Part shown: piece by piece, positions 19,943 to 28,572 of the stretch | Position numbering within the stretch: the first letter of the stretch is position 1 | Layout: the number at the start of each line of letters is the position of its first letter | From: Bacteroidota bacterium | GTDB lineage: Bacteria > Bacteroidota > Bacteroidia > Cytophagales > UBA9547 | Direction: 5' to 3' | DNA length: 64,000 nucleotides | NCBI GenBank assembly: GCA_004293915.1 | Contig: RDZG01000056.1 | Location: forward strand, 19,342-83,341 | Position numbers and translations under genes: made by a program | Notes under the pieces: generated by a model | What the model saw: only the letters and a program-made list of their open reading frames with translations | What the model was told of the DNA's origin: nothing | The model's database searches: none

Positions 19943-21538
19943 ATGTCGTTTTCAGTTGAAATAGCCAAAAGAAAAACTTTTGCCATAATTGCCCATCCCG
20001 ATGCGGGTAAAACCACACTTACCGAAAAGTTTTTACTTTTTGGCGGTGCTATTCAAACGGCAGGAGCAGTAAAATCAAATAAAATAAAAAAAGCTACCAC
20101 CTCAGATTTTATGGAAATCGAAAAGCAACGTGGAATTTCTGTGGCTACTTCGGTTATGAATTTTGAATATAAAGGATTCTCTATCAATTTGTTAGATACA
20201 CCTGGACATAAAGATTTTGCAGAAGATACTTATCGAACACTAACTGCTGTGGATAGTGTGGTTTTGGTAATTGATTGTGTAAAAGGAGTAGAAGAGCAAA
20301 CCGAAAAACTAATGGAAGTTTGCCGCATGCGAGACACGCCAGTAATTGTGTTTATCAATAAAATGGATAGAGATGGGAAAGACCCTTTCGATTTGCTAGA
20401 CGAATTAGAATCAAAACTAAACATAAAAGTACAACCTTTGAGCTGGCCAATTAGCATGGGTTCGTCATTCAAAGGAGTTTATAATCTTTATGATAAGGGA
20501 TTATTACTTTTTGAATCAAACAAAAAAGCAACAGAAGATAATAGTATTGTTATAAATGACTTATCAGACCCTACAATCGAAAAATATGTATCAAAACGTG
20601 ATGCAGACAAATTAAGAGAAGATGTAGAATTGATTGAAGGTGTTTATGAGCCTTTTGACAAACAAAAATATTTAAGTGGACAAATAGCTCCTGTGTTTTT
20701 TGGCTCTGGAGTAAATAATTTTGGTGTAAAAGAATTATTAGAAACATTTATACAAATTGCCCCAAACCCATTGGGCAGAACATCAACTACACGCGATGTA
20801 AAACCCGAAGACCCAAAATTTAGTGGTTTTGTGTTTAAAATTCATGCTAATCTCGACCCAAAACACAGAGACAGAATTGCATTTTTACGGATTTGCTCCG
20901 GAAAATTTGAAAGAAATAAATTTTTTCATCATGTGCGATTAGATAAAAATATACGTTTTGCAGCCCCAGTTACATTTATGGGACAAAGCAAAGATATTGT
21001 TGAAGAAGCCTATCCTGGCGATGTAGTTGGTTTGTATGACACCGGGAATTTTAAAATTGGCGACACATTAACAGAAGGCGAAAACTTTATTTTTAAAGGA
21101 ATACCGAGTTTTTCTCCCGAAATTTTTAAAGAACTGGTCAATAACGACCCTATGAAATCGAAACAATTAGAAAAAGGAATCGAACAGCTTACAGACGAAG
21201 GTGTTGCACAGCTTTTTACGTTCGAAATTGGAAACCGAAAAGTAGTTGGCACGGTGGGAGAACTTCAATTTGATGTGATTCAGTATCGTTTGATGGGAGA
21301 ATATGGTGCAAAATGTAGTTTTAGACCGCTTCAAATTTATAAAGCCTACTGGATAACATGTCCAGATGCCAAAAAAATTGACGATTTCAAAAAACGCAAA
21401 TTCAATAACATTGCCATAGATAAAGACGATAATCCTGTGTTTTTAGCCGAAAGTCCATATACACTTAAACAAGTGCAAGAAAACTATCCAGATATCGAAT
21501 TTCATAGCACATCGGAGTTTAAATTAATGGAAGTTTAA
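19943..21538 (+). CDS. prfC: Peptide chain release factor 3
   Basis: 531 aa. It has the G1 motif [21 protein letters not shown] and NKMD, and overall RF3 length and layout. Confidence 0.95.
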   Translation: MSFSVEIAKRKTFAIIAHPDAGKTTLTEKFLLFGGAIQTAGAVKSNKIKKATTSDFMEIEKQRGISVATSVMNFEYKGFSINLLDTPGHKDFAEDTYRTLTAVDSVVLVIDCVKGVEEQTEKLMEVCRMRDTPVIVFINKMDRDGKDPFDLLDELESKLNIKVQPLSWPISMGSSFKGVYNLYDKGLLLFESNKKATEDNSIVINDLSDPTIEKYVSKRDADKLREDVELIEGVYEPFDKQKYLSGQIAPVFFGSGVNNFGVKELLETFIQIAPNPLGRTSTTRDVKPEDPKFSGFVFKIHANLDPKHRDRIAFLRICSGKFERNKFFHHVRLDKNIRFAAPVTFMGQSKDIVEEAYPGDVVGLYDTGNFKIGDTLTEGENFIFKGIPSFSPEIFKELVNNDPMKSKQLEKGIEQLTDEGVAQLFTFEIGNRKVVGTVGELQFDVIQYRLMGEYGAKCSFRPLQIYKAYWITCPDAKKIDDFKKRKFNNIAIDKDDNPVFLAESPYTLKQVQENYPDIEFHSTSEFKLMEV

Positions 21539-21543
21539 CAAAA

Positions 21544-21831
21544 TTACTCGCCTGTATGCGGATTTTGTTTTTTCCACCAAGCACTGCCACGGTATTTTAA
21601 ATTTCCGTGACAGTGAATTTTTTTGGTTTTACATTGATCCACATGGCAGCGTTTCATCAAAATGGCTGGTGGGTCCTTTTTCTTTCCTTTTTTTTTGTTT
21701 TTTAACGGTCTACCTTGCCTATCGAAATTGAAATTAAACGCCATATCATCTTTGCATTTTGGTGCAATGCACGATGTGTTTGTAAGCAATACAACCAAAA
21801 AAAGTAAAATTAAAACAGAGAGTTTTCGCAC
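21544..21831 (-). CDS. Small Lys/Cys/His-rich putative lipoprotein (95 aa)
   Basis: The signal MRKLSVLILLFLVVLLTNTSC ends in a lipobox Cys. The mature part is basic with 6 Cys. It is convergent with prfC, with 5 nt between the stop codons. Confidence 0.45.
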   Translation of the reverse strand: MRKLSVLILLFLVVLLTNTSCIAPKCKDDMAFNFNFDRQGRPLKNKKKGKKKDPPAILMKRCHVDQCKTKKIHCHGNLKYRGSAWWKKQNPHTGE

Positions 21832-21940
21832 ATTTTTTAGCTTAATTTCAAATTAACAAAAAAAAATGCGACATATTAAAAATATAATTTGAGATTTAAG
21901 GAAATATCTCATTTGAACGAATATTGTTAAATTTGAATAT

Positions 21941-21996
21941 TAGCATTTTATAATTATTTTAAAAGTCGCAACTGTAATACCCACCAAAACAGAAGC
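21941..21996. repeat. 56-bp direct repeat, left copy (islet boundary)
   Basis: tagcattttataattattttaaaagtcgcaactgtaatacccaccaaaacagaagc. It matches 24803-24858 at 53 of 56 positions by manual alignment. Confidence 0.9.
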
Positions 21997-22000
21997 TTTT

Positions 22001-22028
22001 GCCTTTTTGGTGTTCTTCACCAATAAAC
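22001..22028. repeat. Hairpin-containing motif 'B' (ttggtgttcttcaccaa core), copy 1, directly abutting the left 56-bp repeat
   Basis: gcctttttggtgttcttcaccaataaac aligns with gccttttggtgttcttcaccaacaaaac at 37107-37134, with one indel and two substitutions. The core is a 6-bp stem (TTGGTG/CACCAA) with a TTCTT loop. Confidence 0.75.
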
Positions 22029-22286
22029 AATCTTCATATTTACTTAACTATTTTTTTATTACTGAAAACTATACTAATGAGCAAATATTGTAATCTTTGA
22101 ATTCAAAAGTATTTGATTTGTTGTAGAAGAACTACAACTAAAGGCTGAAAGATTTAGTGAAATGGGGGAAAAAACTAATTTAAGTTAAATTTTTAATTAT
22201 TATTGGCAAAAGCAAAACAACAGGACTATTGTTTTTTATGTAAGGTCTGTAAATAAAAAGAAAACAGAATTTTAATGAGTAAAAGT

Positions 22287-22484
22287 TTACTTATTTATAA
22301 AGTGTATTACAAGACACAGAGAAAACAAACACCAAAAGATACTAATGCCTAACCTTTTAAAGAATATCTCAATTGGCTTTGTTCTGTAATTTTCACTTTT
22401 CGAAATGAATAAATATGAAGTCTTCCAGCCTATTAAAAATGCAAAGAATGGAATAATTAATAGTGGTAGTAATAAAACTTTCAT
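22287..22484 (-). CDS. Small two-TM membrane protein (65 aa), islet gene
   Basis: The ORF has two hydrophobic helices (LLLPLLIIPFFAFLIGW and ISIFWCLFSLCLVIHFI). Confidence 0.4.
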   Translation of the reverse strand: MKVLLLPLLIIPFFAFLIGWKTSYLFISKSENYRTKPIEIFFKRLGISIFWCLFSLCLVIHFINK

Positions 22485-22514
22485 AGCGTTAGGAAATTCA
22501 TGTAATATTTTGAG

Positions 22515-23060
22515 CTAAGTTATTTTTTTCCAACCTTCATCTTTATAAATGTAGCCATCCCATTCAAAACCAGATTCATATCCAAAAATTATAATAAAAC
22601 TTTCCTCAATAGAAATATTTTTTGCATTTCTGTTTCCTTTTATGACACTATGTAAATAGCTTAACTCATTTTCTACATCTTCATTTGGATATGCTACTAA
22701 TACTCTCAGGTCGCAGTTGGTAATCACTAGATGAGAAACTTCTTGATATAACCCACTCTTAAAATTATTTTCGTGTTCGAATGCTATTCTAATATTTCTA
22801 AACCAATACGAGTTTAATGAAACATTGGGAGTTCTATCTTCAGGCTTATAAAAAATCGAGTCTATCGAATAATAGTCATTTTCATAAGTCAATAAATTAA
22901 ACTTAGATGCGATTTCACTTAAAAGAGAATTTTCAGATCCTTTAATATATGAGGTAAATTCTCGCTGATTACGCCAAATTTTTAATAATTCCGTTTTGTG
23001 TTTTTCAACTACTTCACTCCAAGCTTTAAAAAAATTTTTAGCACTTACTACTTCATACAT
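22515..23060 (-). CDS. Hypothetical protein (181 aa), possible PD-(D/E)xK-like nuclease fold
   Basis: The pattern YYSIDSIFY...IRIAFEHENN...YQEVSHLV...LRVLVAYP resembles a D...E-x-E/K strand-helix arrangement of the restriction-endonuclease fold. This is weak and rests on the motif only. Confidence 0.45.
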   Translation of the reverse strand: MYEVVSAKNFFKAWSEVVEKHKTELLKIWRNQREFTSYIKGSENSLLSEIASKFNLLTYENDYYSIDSIFYKPEDRTPNVSLNSYWFRNIRIAFEHENNFKSGLYQEVSHLVITNCDLRVLVAYPNEDVENELSYLHSVIKGNRNAKNISIEESFIIIFGYESGFEWDGYIYKDEGWKKIT

Positions 23061-23090
23061 TGTACAAACTTGACTATCGAACTTATTTTT

Positions 23091-23321
23091 TTATTTAGTT
23101 ACTAACCAAACAACTATTGAACTCACAGCCCATATACCTAGTTTTTCTTTTATTGTTAATTTCTTGTACCAAGGAATATTCTCCCAGTCAAAGTCTTTAG
23201 AAGTTGATGGAGCAATATGATTCATTAAATTTTCAAAGTCTATATCATTTTTTTTGATAGCGACTTCAAGTCTATTTCTCTCTTCTTGATTAAGTTTTCT
23301 TATATTCATAAATCTTGCCAA
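23091..23321 (-). CDS. Small tail-anchored membrane protein (76 aa), islet gene
   Basis: The ORF ends in a C-terminal TM helix (LGIWAVSSIVVWLVT). It overlaps the upstream gene by 16 nt. Confidence 0.4.
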   Translation of the reverse strand: MARFMNIRKLNQEERNRLEVAIKKNDIDFENLMNHIAPSTSKDFDWENIPWYKKLTIKEKLGIWAVSSIVVWLVTK

Positions 23322-23713
23322 CTAACTAAATATCCGTTTTCCAACACTAATTTTGTATTAAATTTTTTCCTAGTTTCTCCCGCGTATCTATATGTAGATT
23401 CTCCATAAAACCATTGCTCAGATTTTGTGATTCCGTCAAATGTTTCTTTTTTTTCATTTGGATTCCCCCAAATAAGTTTAACCAAAATGTCAGGCATTCC
23501 AATTTGAATATTTCTCATTTCTTTTTTATATGGAGATTCTGCAATTTCATCACCATAAATTTCACGTAATTGATTCTTTACTTCATTTGTTGATTCATGA
23601 TGAATTTGTTCAAGGGACTCAGTTTTCTTTTTAAATTCACTTTTTGACTTTAAATGAAAATAAATTAGGTATATTAAACTACCCCAAATTAATAATAAAC
23701 CTATTATGTGCAT
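23306..23713 (-). CDS. N-terminally anchored protein with BamE/SmpA-OmlA-like C-terminal domain (135 aa)
   Basis: The N-terminal TM helix is IIGLLLIWGSLIYLIYF. The C-terminus IQIGMPDILVKLIWGNPNEKK...EQWFYG...LVLENGYLVSWQ fits the 'iGM...v...G.P...W.Y...f.nG.v..w' pattern. Confidence 0.5.
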   Translation of the reverse strand: MHIIGLLLIWGSLIYLIYFHLKSKSEFKKKTESLEQIHHESTNEVKNQLREIYGDEIAESPYKKEMRNIQIGMPDILVKLIWGNPNEKKETFDGITKSEQWFYGESTYRYAGETRKKFNTKLVLENGYLVSWQDL

Positions 23714-23821
23714 TCCTATATTTTTTTACAAAGCACCACAATTATTTTCTAAAATAGGTAAAATTAATTTGCCTTTATAAGACTAATATTTTACTTTAGC
23801 GGTAGAATTAAAATAATACAC

Positions 23822-24166
23822 ATGGCAATTGGTCAAAAAATAAAGAAAGTAAGAGAATTTAAAAATTTTACGCAAGAACATTTAGCTGAAAAATTAGGAA
23901 TGTCGGTGGCTGGCTATGGTAAAATTGAAAGGGAAGAAACTGATGTACCATTCTCTAGACTGGAGCAAATTGCTGCAACTTTCAATATGAAGACCGAAGA
24001 TTTAGTTGGTTTTGATGAACAAACTGTTTTTAACATTATGCACAATCAAACAGGAATTAATCACTTTTACAATGGTTCTATTTCCAATGATATAATTGAA
24101 AATTTTAAGAAAACTATCCAACTTCTTGAAGAAAAAGTAGCTGTGCTGGAAAAAGTGCAAAAATAG
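23822..24166 (+). CDS. XRE-family HTH regulator with C-terminal coiled coil (paralogue of the gene at 11871-12260)
   Basis: GQKIKKVREFKNFTQEHLAEKLGMSVAGYGKIEREETD is an XRE HTH. The C-terminus IENFKKTIQLLEEKVAVLEKVQK has heptad character. Confidence 0.85.
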   Translation: MAIGQKIKKVREFKNFTQEHLAEKLGMSVAGYGKIEREETDVPFSRLEQIAATFNMKTEDLVGFDEQTVFNIMHNQTGINHFYNGSISNDIIENFKKTIQLLEEKVAVLEKVQK

Positions 24167-24244
24167 AAGTATGCAAAAAACACCTTACGAAATTAGTTTA
24201 AACGCAGAGTTCTCCTATACATTAGTGAAGGTATAAGCGGAAAA

Positions 24245-24604
24245 GTGCTTAAAGCTGTAGTGTTTCAAGAAGTTGATGATTTTTTGTATAATCTTGCACT
24301 GTTAGATTATGATAACGTATTAAATACTTGGTCTGATATGTCGAATACTAACAATTATGATATTTCTCGTACGATGAAAACTGTATTGGCAATTTTGTTG
24401 GATTTTTTGGAAAGAAATCATAATGCAATCATCATAGTAAAAGCAAATTCAGATACAAAAAGATTACTTTATAATCGTATCTTTAGAAATTATTATCTGG
24501 AATATGCACCATTAATTCGTGTATTGACTGATAGTAGTAATGGTAAAGTAGAGGCAAAATCTGATATTATCCACGAAATTTTCTATATTTGTAAAAATAA
24601 TTAA
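24245..24604 (+). CDS. DUF6934-like protein (119 aa)
   Basis: FLYNLALLDYDNVLNTWSDMSNTNNYDISRTMKTVLAILLDFLERNHNAIIIVKANSDTKRLLYNRIF resembles the 'YNLAFGD...D...snNgD..kVl.TV...F....P...i.f.Gs...RtRLY...I' pattern I associate with this Bacteroidota family. GTG start. Confidence 0.45.
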   Translation: MLKAVVFQEVDDFLYNLALLDYDNVLNTWSDMSNTNNYDISRTMKTVLAILLDFLERNHNAIIIVKANSDTKRLLYNRIFRNYYLEYAPLIRVLTDSSNGKVEAKSDIIHEIFYICKNN

Positions 24605-24609
24605 ACGCC

Positions 24610-24774
24610 ATGAAAAAGCCATTTATTATTGACATGACAAAAGCCATGACTTCATTAGAAAAATATAAGCAATCTGAAGCCTATCAAGCCAAATTAAATG
24701 AAGTAAAAAAGGAATATCAAAGGGATAAATTGTGGCTCGACCCTATTTTGAGCAAAAACAATCAAAAAGCCTAG
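24610..24774 (+). CDS. Small ORF (54 aa) not in the ORF track
   Basis: The ATG at 24610 lies 6 nt after the preceding stop. The product is MKKPFIIDMTKAMTSLEKYKQSEAYQAKLNEVKKEYQRDKLWLDPILSKNNQKA, and the TAG stop is at 24772-24774. It ends 28 nt before the right 56-bp repeat. Confidence 0.35.
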   Translation: MKKPFIIDMTKAMTSLEKYKQSEAYQAKLNEVKKEYQRDKLWLDPILSKNNQKA

Positions 24775-24802
24775 CTATAACACCTCTATTTTTTATAAAA
24801 CT

Positions 24803-24858
24803 TAGTATTTTATAATTATGTTAAAAGTTGCAACTGTAATACCCACCAAAACAGAAGC
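24803..24858. repeat. 56-bp direct repeat, right copy (islet boundary)
   Basis: tagtattttataattatgttaaaagttgcaactgtaatacccaccaaaacagaagc. It matches 21941-21996 at 53 of 56 positions. Here it is not followed by motif B. Confidence 0.9.
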
Positions 24859-24920
24859 AAAGATTTATTTCTAGAAAAAACTGCTCGTATGAAAAAGTTG
24901 TTGGAAAACGTGAAATGAAT

Positions 24921-27020
24921 TTACCCTAATTTCAAAAATATAGTATTGCCTTTATATACCTTATTTCCTGGTCCAATAGATTGCGACTGCACTCTTCCTG
25001 TGCCATTAAAAGTTACTTTAAGTCCTTTATTTTCAAGAATATACAAAGCATCTTTGAGCATCATTCCAGAAACATCGGGCACTAAGTTTTGAATCATTTT
25101 TCGGTTTCGCCAAGTGATTGCATTGTTCGAAATATCTGCCATCACCCATTCGTCATCGCCACCATAGTTTGAAATACCAAATTCGTTGCACAAATATTTC
25201 AAATCTTGGGCATTTCCACTTCGCAAAACAGGAAAGTTAAACATTATATTTTTTTCTGGTTTTTCGAGTTGTTTGTGCATTTCGGGGTCGAGGGCATATA
25301 TTTTATCAGCCATTTCTTTAAAAACGGGTGCCGAAACATCTGCTCCCATTTGATTAAAGCCTTTTGGTTCGGAAATTACTACGATACAACTATATTTGGG
25401 TTTGTCGGCAGGAAAAAATCCACAAAAAGAAGTATAATAATTTTTAGTGTAAAGTCCTTTTTTGATAATTTGTGCTGTACCCGTTTTGCCCGCAATTCTA
25501 TAATTATCGTTTTTGATATTTTTTGCAGTACCCGATTCAACCACTTCTTCCATCATTTGAACCACTTTTTCGAGTGTAGATTCCGAACAAATTTTAGGAT
25601 TTAAAACTTCTGTTTCATACGATTTTATGAGTTTATCCGAGCGATATACTTCTTTTACAATAATGGGTTTAATCATTTTTCCGCCATTTGCCACCGCATT
25701 ATAAAAAGTAAGCGTATGAATGGGAGATAGTTTAAGTTCATAACCAATTGACATCCAAGGCAATGTGATTCCGCTCCACGATTTTTCGGATGGATTTTTG
25801 ATATATGGCATTGCCTCGCCAGACATTTGAAAACCAATTGGTTTATCAAATCCAAAAGAGCGAATGTATTTTAAATAAGCTTGCGGATTATCTCCAAAAT
25901 ATTTTTGAACCAATTTAGCAACACCAATATTTGATGATTTTGCAAAAATATCTTTTACCGAAAGTGTTCCATAGCCTTCGGGTTTGGCATCTTTAAGTAC
26001 TCGGTCATAAATTCTATAACTTCCATGTTCGCATTCTACTGAGTCGTCAAGTTCTAGTCCAGAACCTTCAAAAATAGCCATCAAAGTAGCAAGCTTAAAA
26101 GTTGAGCCTGGGTCTGTAAGTCCCTGTCCACCAACGGCATAATTATAAGCTTCAAAATATCCTCCTTTCGATGATTTACCTAAATTGGCAATGGCTTTTA
26201 TTTCGCCAGTGGCTACTTCCATCAGCATCACACAGCCATATTCGGCATCGTTTTTGGTAAGGTGATGCAAAAGCGAACTTTCTGCCACATCTTGCAAATT
26301 TATGTCAATAGTTGTTTTGATATCTAAACCATGTTCAGCCAAAATTTCGTTTTCACCATGAATGGGTTTCCATGCGCCACCTGCCAATTTTCTAAAAAGA
26401 GCTTCACCATCTCTGCCACCCAAAATATCATTAAAACTAACTTCTAAGCCTGCACCAGCATTATTTTCGTTTATAAATCCAATGGTTCTGTAAGCCAAAA
26501 GATTTCCGTAAGGATGATATCTACGTTCTTGTTTTTCAAAAATAGCTCCGCCTTTATACCTACCAGCTCTAAAAATGGGCCATTTTTGAATCATTTTCTT
26601 TTCTTGAAAATTCAAAATTCTGGCATTTAAAACAATGTATTTTTCGTCTTTTTCTAATCGAGCATTTTTGATTTTTCGTTTATATTCTTGTGGACTCAAA
26701 TCGCCAAAAAAACGTGATAATTTCAACGAAAGACTATCAATTCCTTTATTAAAAGTGGTATCATGTGGTGTTTTGGGATCCATTGCCAATTTGTAAAAAG
26801 GCAAAGATGTTGCAAGTAAACTACCATCGTTGGCATAAATATTTCCACGAGTTGCAGGAAGTTTTTTATATCGTAAGCTAAGTTTTTCGGCTTTTTTACG
26901 CCATTTTTCGCCTTGAACAGTTTGTATATAAACAATTTTTGCAATTACTGCAAAACCCGACAGCACACACACTAAAAATGCGATTCGAACACGTAATAAT
27001 ATGTTTGATTTTATGGACAT
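24921..27020 (-). CDS. ftsI: Class B penicillin-binding protein (FtsI/PBP3-like transpeptidase) with C-terminal PASTA domain
   Basis: 699 aa with an N-terminal TM anchor. It has the motifs STFK (GSTFKLAT), SSN and KTGT. The C-terminus VPDVSGMMLKDALYILENKGLKVTFNGTGRVQSQS is PASTA-like. The gene symbol is tentative because the dcw-cluster context is absent. Confidence 0.8.
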   Translation of the reverse strand: MSIKSNILLRVRIAFLVCVLSGFAVIAKIVYIQTVQGEKWRKKAEKLSLRYKKLPATRGNIYANDGSLLATSLPFYKLAMDPKTPHDTTFNKGIDSLSLKLSRFFGDLSPQEYKRKIKNARLEKDEKYIVLNARILNFQEKKMIQKWPIFRAGRYKGGAIFEKQERRYHPYGNLLAYRTIGFINENNAGAGLEVSFNDILGGRDGEALFRKLAGGAWKPIHGENEILAEHGLDIKTTIDINLQDVAESSLLHHLTKNDAEYGCVMLMEVATGEIKAIANLGKSSKGGYFEAYNYAVGGQGLTDPGSTFKLATLMAIFEGSGLELDDSVECEHGSYRIYDRVLKDAKPEGYGTLSVKDIFAKSSNIGVAKLVQKYFGDNPQAYLKYIRSFGFDKPIGFQMSGEAMPYIKNPSEKSWSGITLPWMSIGYELKLSPIHTLTFYNAVANGGKMIKPIIVKEVYRSDKLIKSYETEVLNPKICSESTLEKVVQMMEEVVESGTAKNIKNDNYRIAGKTGTAQIIKKGLYTKNYYTSFCGFFPADKPKYSCIVVISEPKGFNQMGADVSAPVFKEMADKIYALDPEMHKQLEKPEKNIMFNFPVLRSGNAQDLKYLCNEFGISNYGGDDEWVMADISNNAITWRNRKMIQNLVPDVSGMMLKDALYILENKGLKVTFNGTGRVQSQSIGPGNKVYKGNTIFLKLG

Positions 27021-27201
27021 GTTATAAAAAACATTTTGCCGAAATACATTTCAAAAATAATACAGATTTGAGCAAAGTTAATAACATCAAGAGAAATAAG
27101 GTTTTTGCAAAAATGAAAATGGATTTTTTAAATAAATTATAGATAAAAAATCTATCCATCATAAATTTATACTAATTTAGAGTCTCGAGAAGTTTGTTAC
27201 A

Positions 27202-28572
27202 ATGCCCATATATTCCAGCACTATCCATCAAAAAAGCTATACTTTTAAAGATTTGAAAGAAGTACTGGCAAAGGCAAGTCCTTTGCGGTCAGGCGATCAG
27301 TTAGCAGGTATTGCAGCACGTTCTCTAACCGAAAGAATAGCTGCACAAATGGTACTGGCAGATATTCCTCTCAAGAATTTTTTATCAGAAGCAATTATTC
27401 CTTATGAAACAGATGAAATTACGCGACTCATCATCGACACTCACGATGTTAAAGCATTTGCCAAGATTTCTCATCTTACCGTAGGTGGATTTAGAGATTG
27501 GCTATTGCTAAATGAAACTGATACACAAACATTGTCTCTGATAAAAGATGGCATTACTCCCGAAATGGCTGCAGCGGTGAGCAAACTCATGCGAAATCAA
27601 GATTTGATACTCGTGGCTCAAAAGTGCAGGGTGGTTACCAAGTTCAGAACCACAATTGGGCTAGAGGGCAGATTCTCAACCCGTTTGCAACCCAACCATC
27701 CTACAGACGACTACAAAGGAATTGCTGCAAGTATTATAGATGGATTAATGTTGGGTTCTGGCGATGCATTAATAGGCATCAATCCTGCTACCGACAATAT
27801 TCAGGGCTGTTCAAAGCTCATTCAAATGCTCGATTCTGTCAGAGAAAAATACCAGATTCCTACCCAAAGTTGTGTGCTTACTCACATTACCAATACCATT
27901 CAAATGATTGAAAATCAGATGCCTGTCGATTTGGTTTTTCAGTCTATTGCTGGTACAGAAGCTGCCAATAGCAGTTTTGGAATAAATCTAAATCTGTTGA
28001 AAGAAGGGCTAGAGGCGGGAAGGAGTTTAAAAAGAGGGCATCAGGTCATGTATTTCGAGACTGGACAAGGTTCTGCTCTCTCTGCCAATGCCCACCATGG
28101 CGTAGACCAACAAACATGCGAAGCTAGAGCCTATGCGGTAGCTAGAGCATTTGACCCATTTTTAGTGAATACAGTGGTAGGCTTTATAGGTCCCGAATAT
28201 CTCTTCGATGGCAAACAAATTACCCGTGCTGGATTAGAAGATCATTTTTGTGGAAAACTATTAGGCTTACCAATGGGTTGCGATGTGTGCTATACCAACC
28301 ATGCCGAGTCCGATCAAGACGACATGGACAATTTACTCACCCTTTTGGCTATTTCTGGTTGTTCTTTCATCATGGGTGTGCCGGGTGCAGACGATATCAT
28401 GCTTAACTATCAAAGTACCAGTTTTCACGATGCTTTATATATTAGAAAAATACTAGGACTGAAACCTGCACCTGAATTTGAATCTTGGTTAAAAGAAAAA
28501 GGCATTATGGATCAAGCCTTACAAATTTCTCCTTATATTCGACCTTCGATATTTCAACAACTTATTGAATAA
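27202..28572 (+). CDS. eutB: Ethanolamine ammonia-lyase large subunit
   Basis: 456 aa. YTFKDLKEVLAKASPLRSGDQLAGIAA and the overall length are typical of EutB. Confidence 0.9.
   Translation: MPIYSSTIHQKSYTFKDLKEVLAKASPLRSGDQLAGIAARSLTERIAAQMVLADIPLKNFLSEAIIPYETDEITRLIIDTHDVKAFAKISHLTVGGFRDWLLLNETDTQTLSLIKDGITPEMAAAVSKLMRNQDLILVAQKCRVVTKFRTTIGLEGRFSTRLQPNHPTDDYKGIAASIIDGLMLGSGDALIGINPATDNIQGCSKLIQMLDSVREKYQIPTQSCVLTHITNTIQMIENQMPVDLVFQSIAGTEAANSSFGINLNLLKEGLEAGRSLKRGHQVMYFETGQGSALSANAHHGVDQQTCEARAYAVARAFDPFLVNTVVGFIGPEYLFDGKQITRAGLEDHFCGKLLGLPMGCDVCYTNHAESDQDDMDNLLTLLAISGCSFIMGVPGADDIMLNYQSTSFHDALYIRKILGLKPAPEFESWLKEKGIMDQALQISPYIRPSIFQQLIE

Noticed and set aside
22120-22138. Hairpin gttgtag-aagaa-ctacaac inside the islet's non-coding left end, with a loop complementary to that of the motif B hairpin
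   Set aside because: It is a single 7-bp stem with no second copy found, so I could not tie it to the repeat system.
27021-27201. Possible adenosylcobalamin riboswitch upstream of eutB
   Set aside because: The region is only about 180 bp and extremely AT-rich. I saw no B12-box-like GC-rich conserved core.
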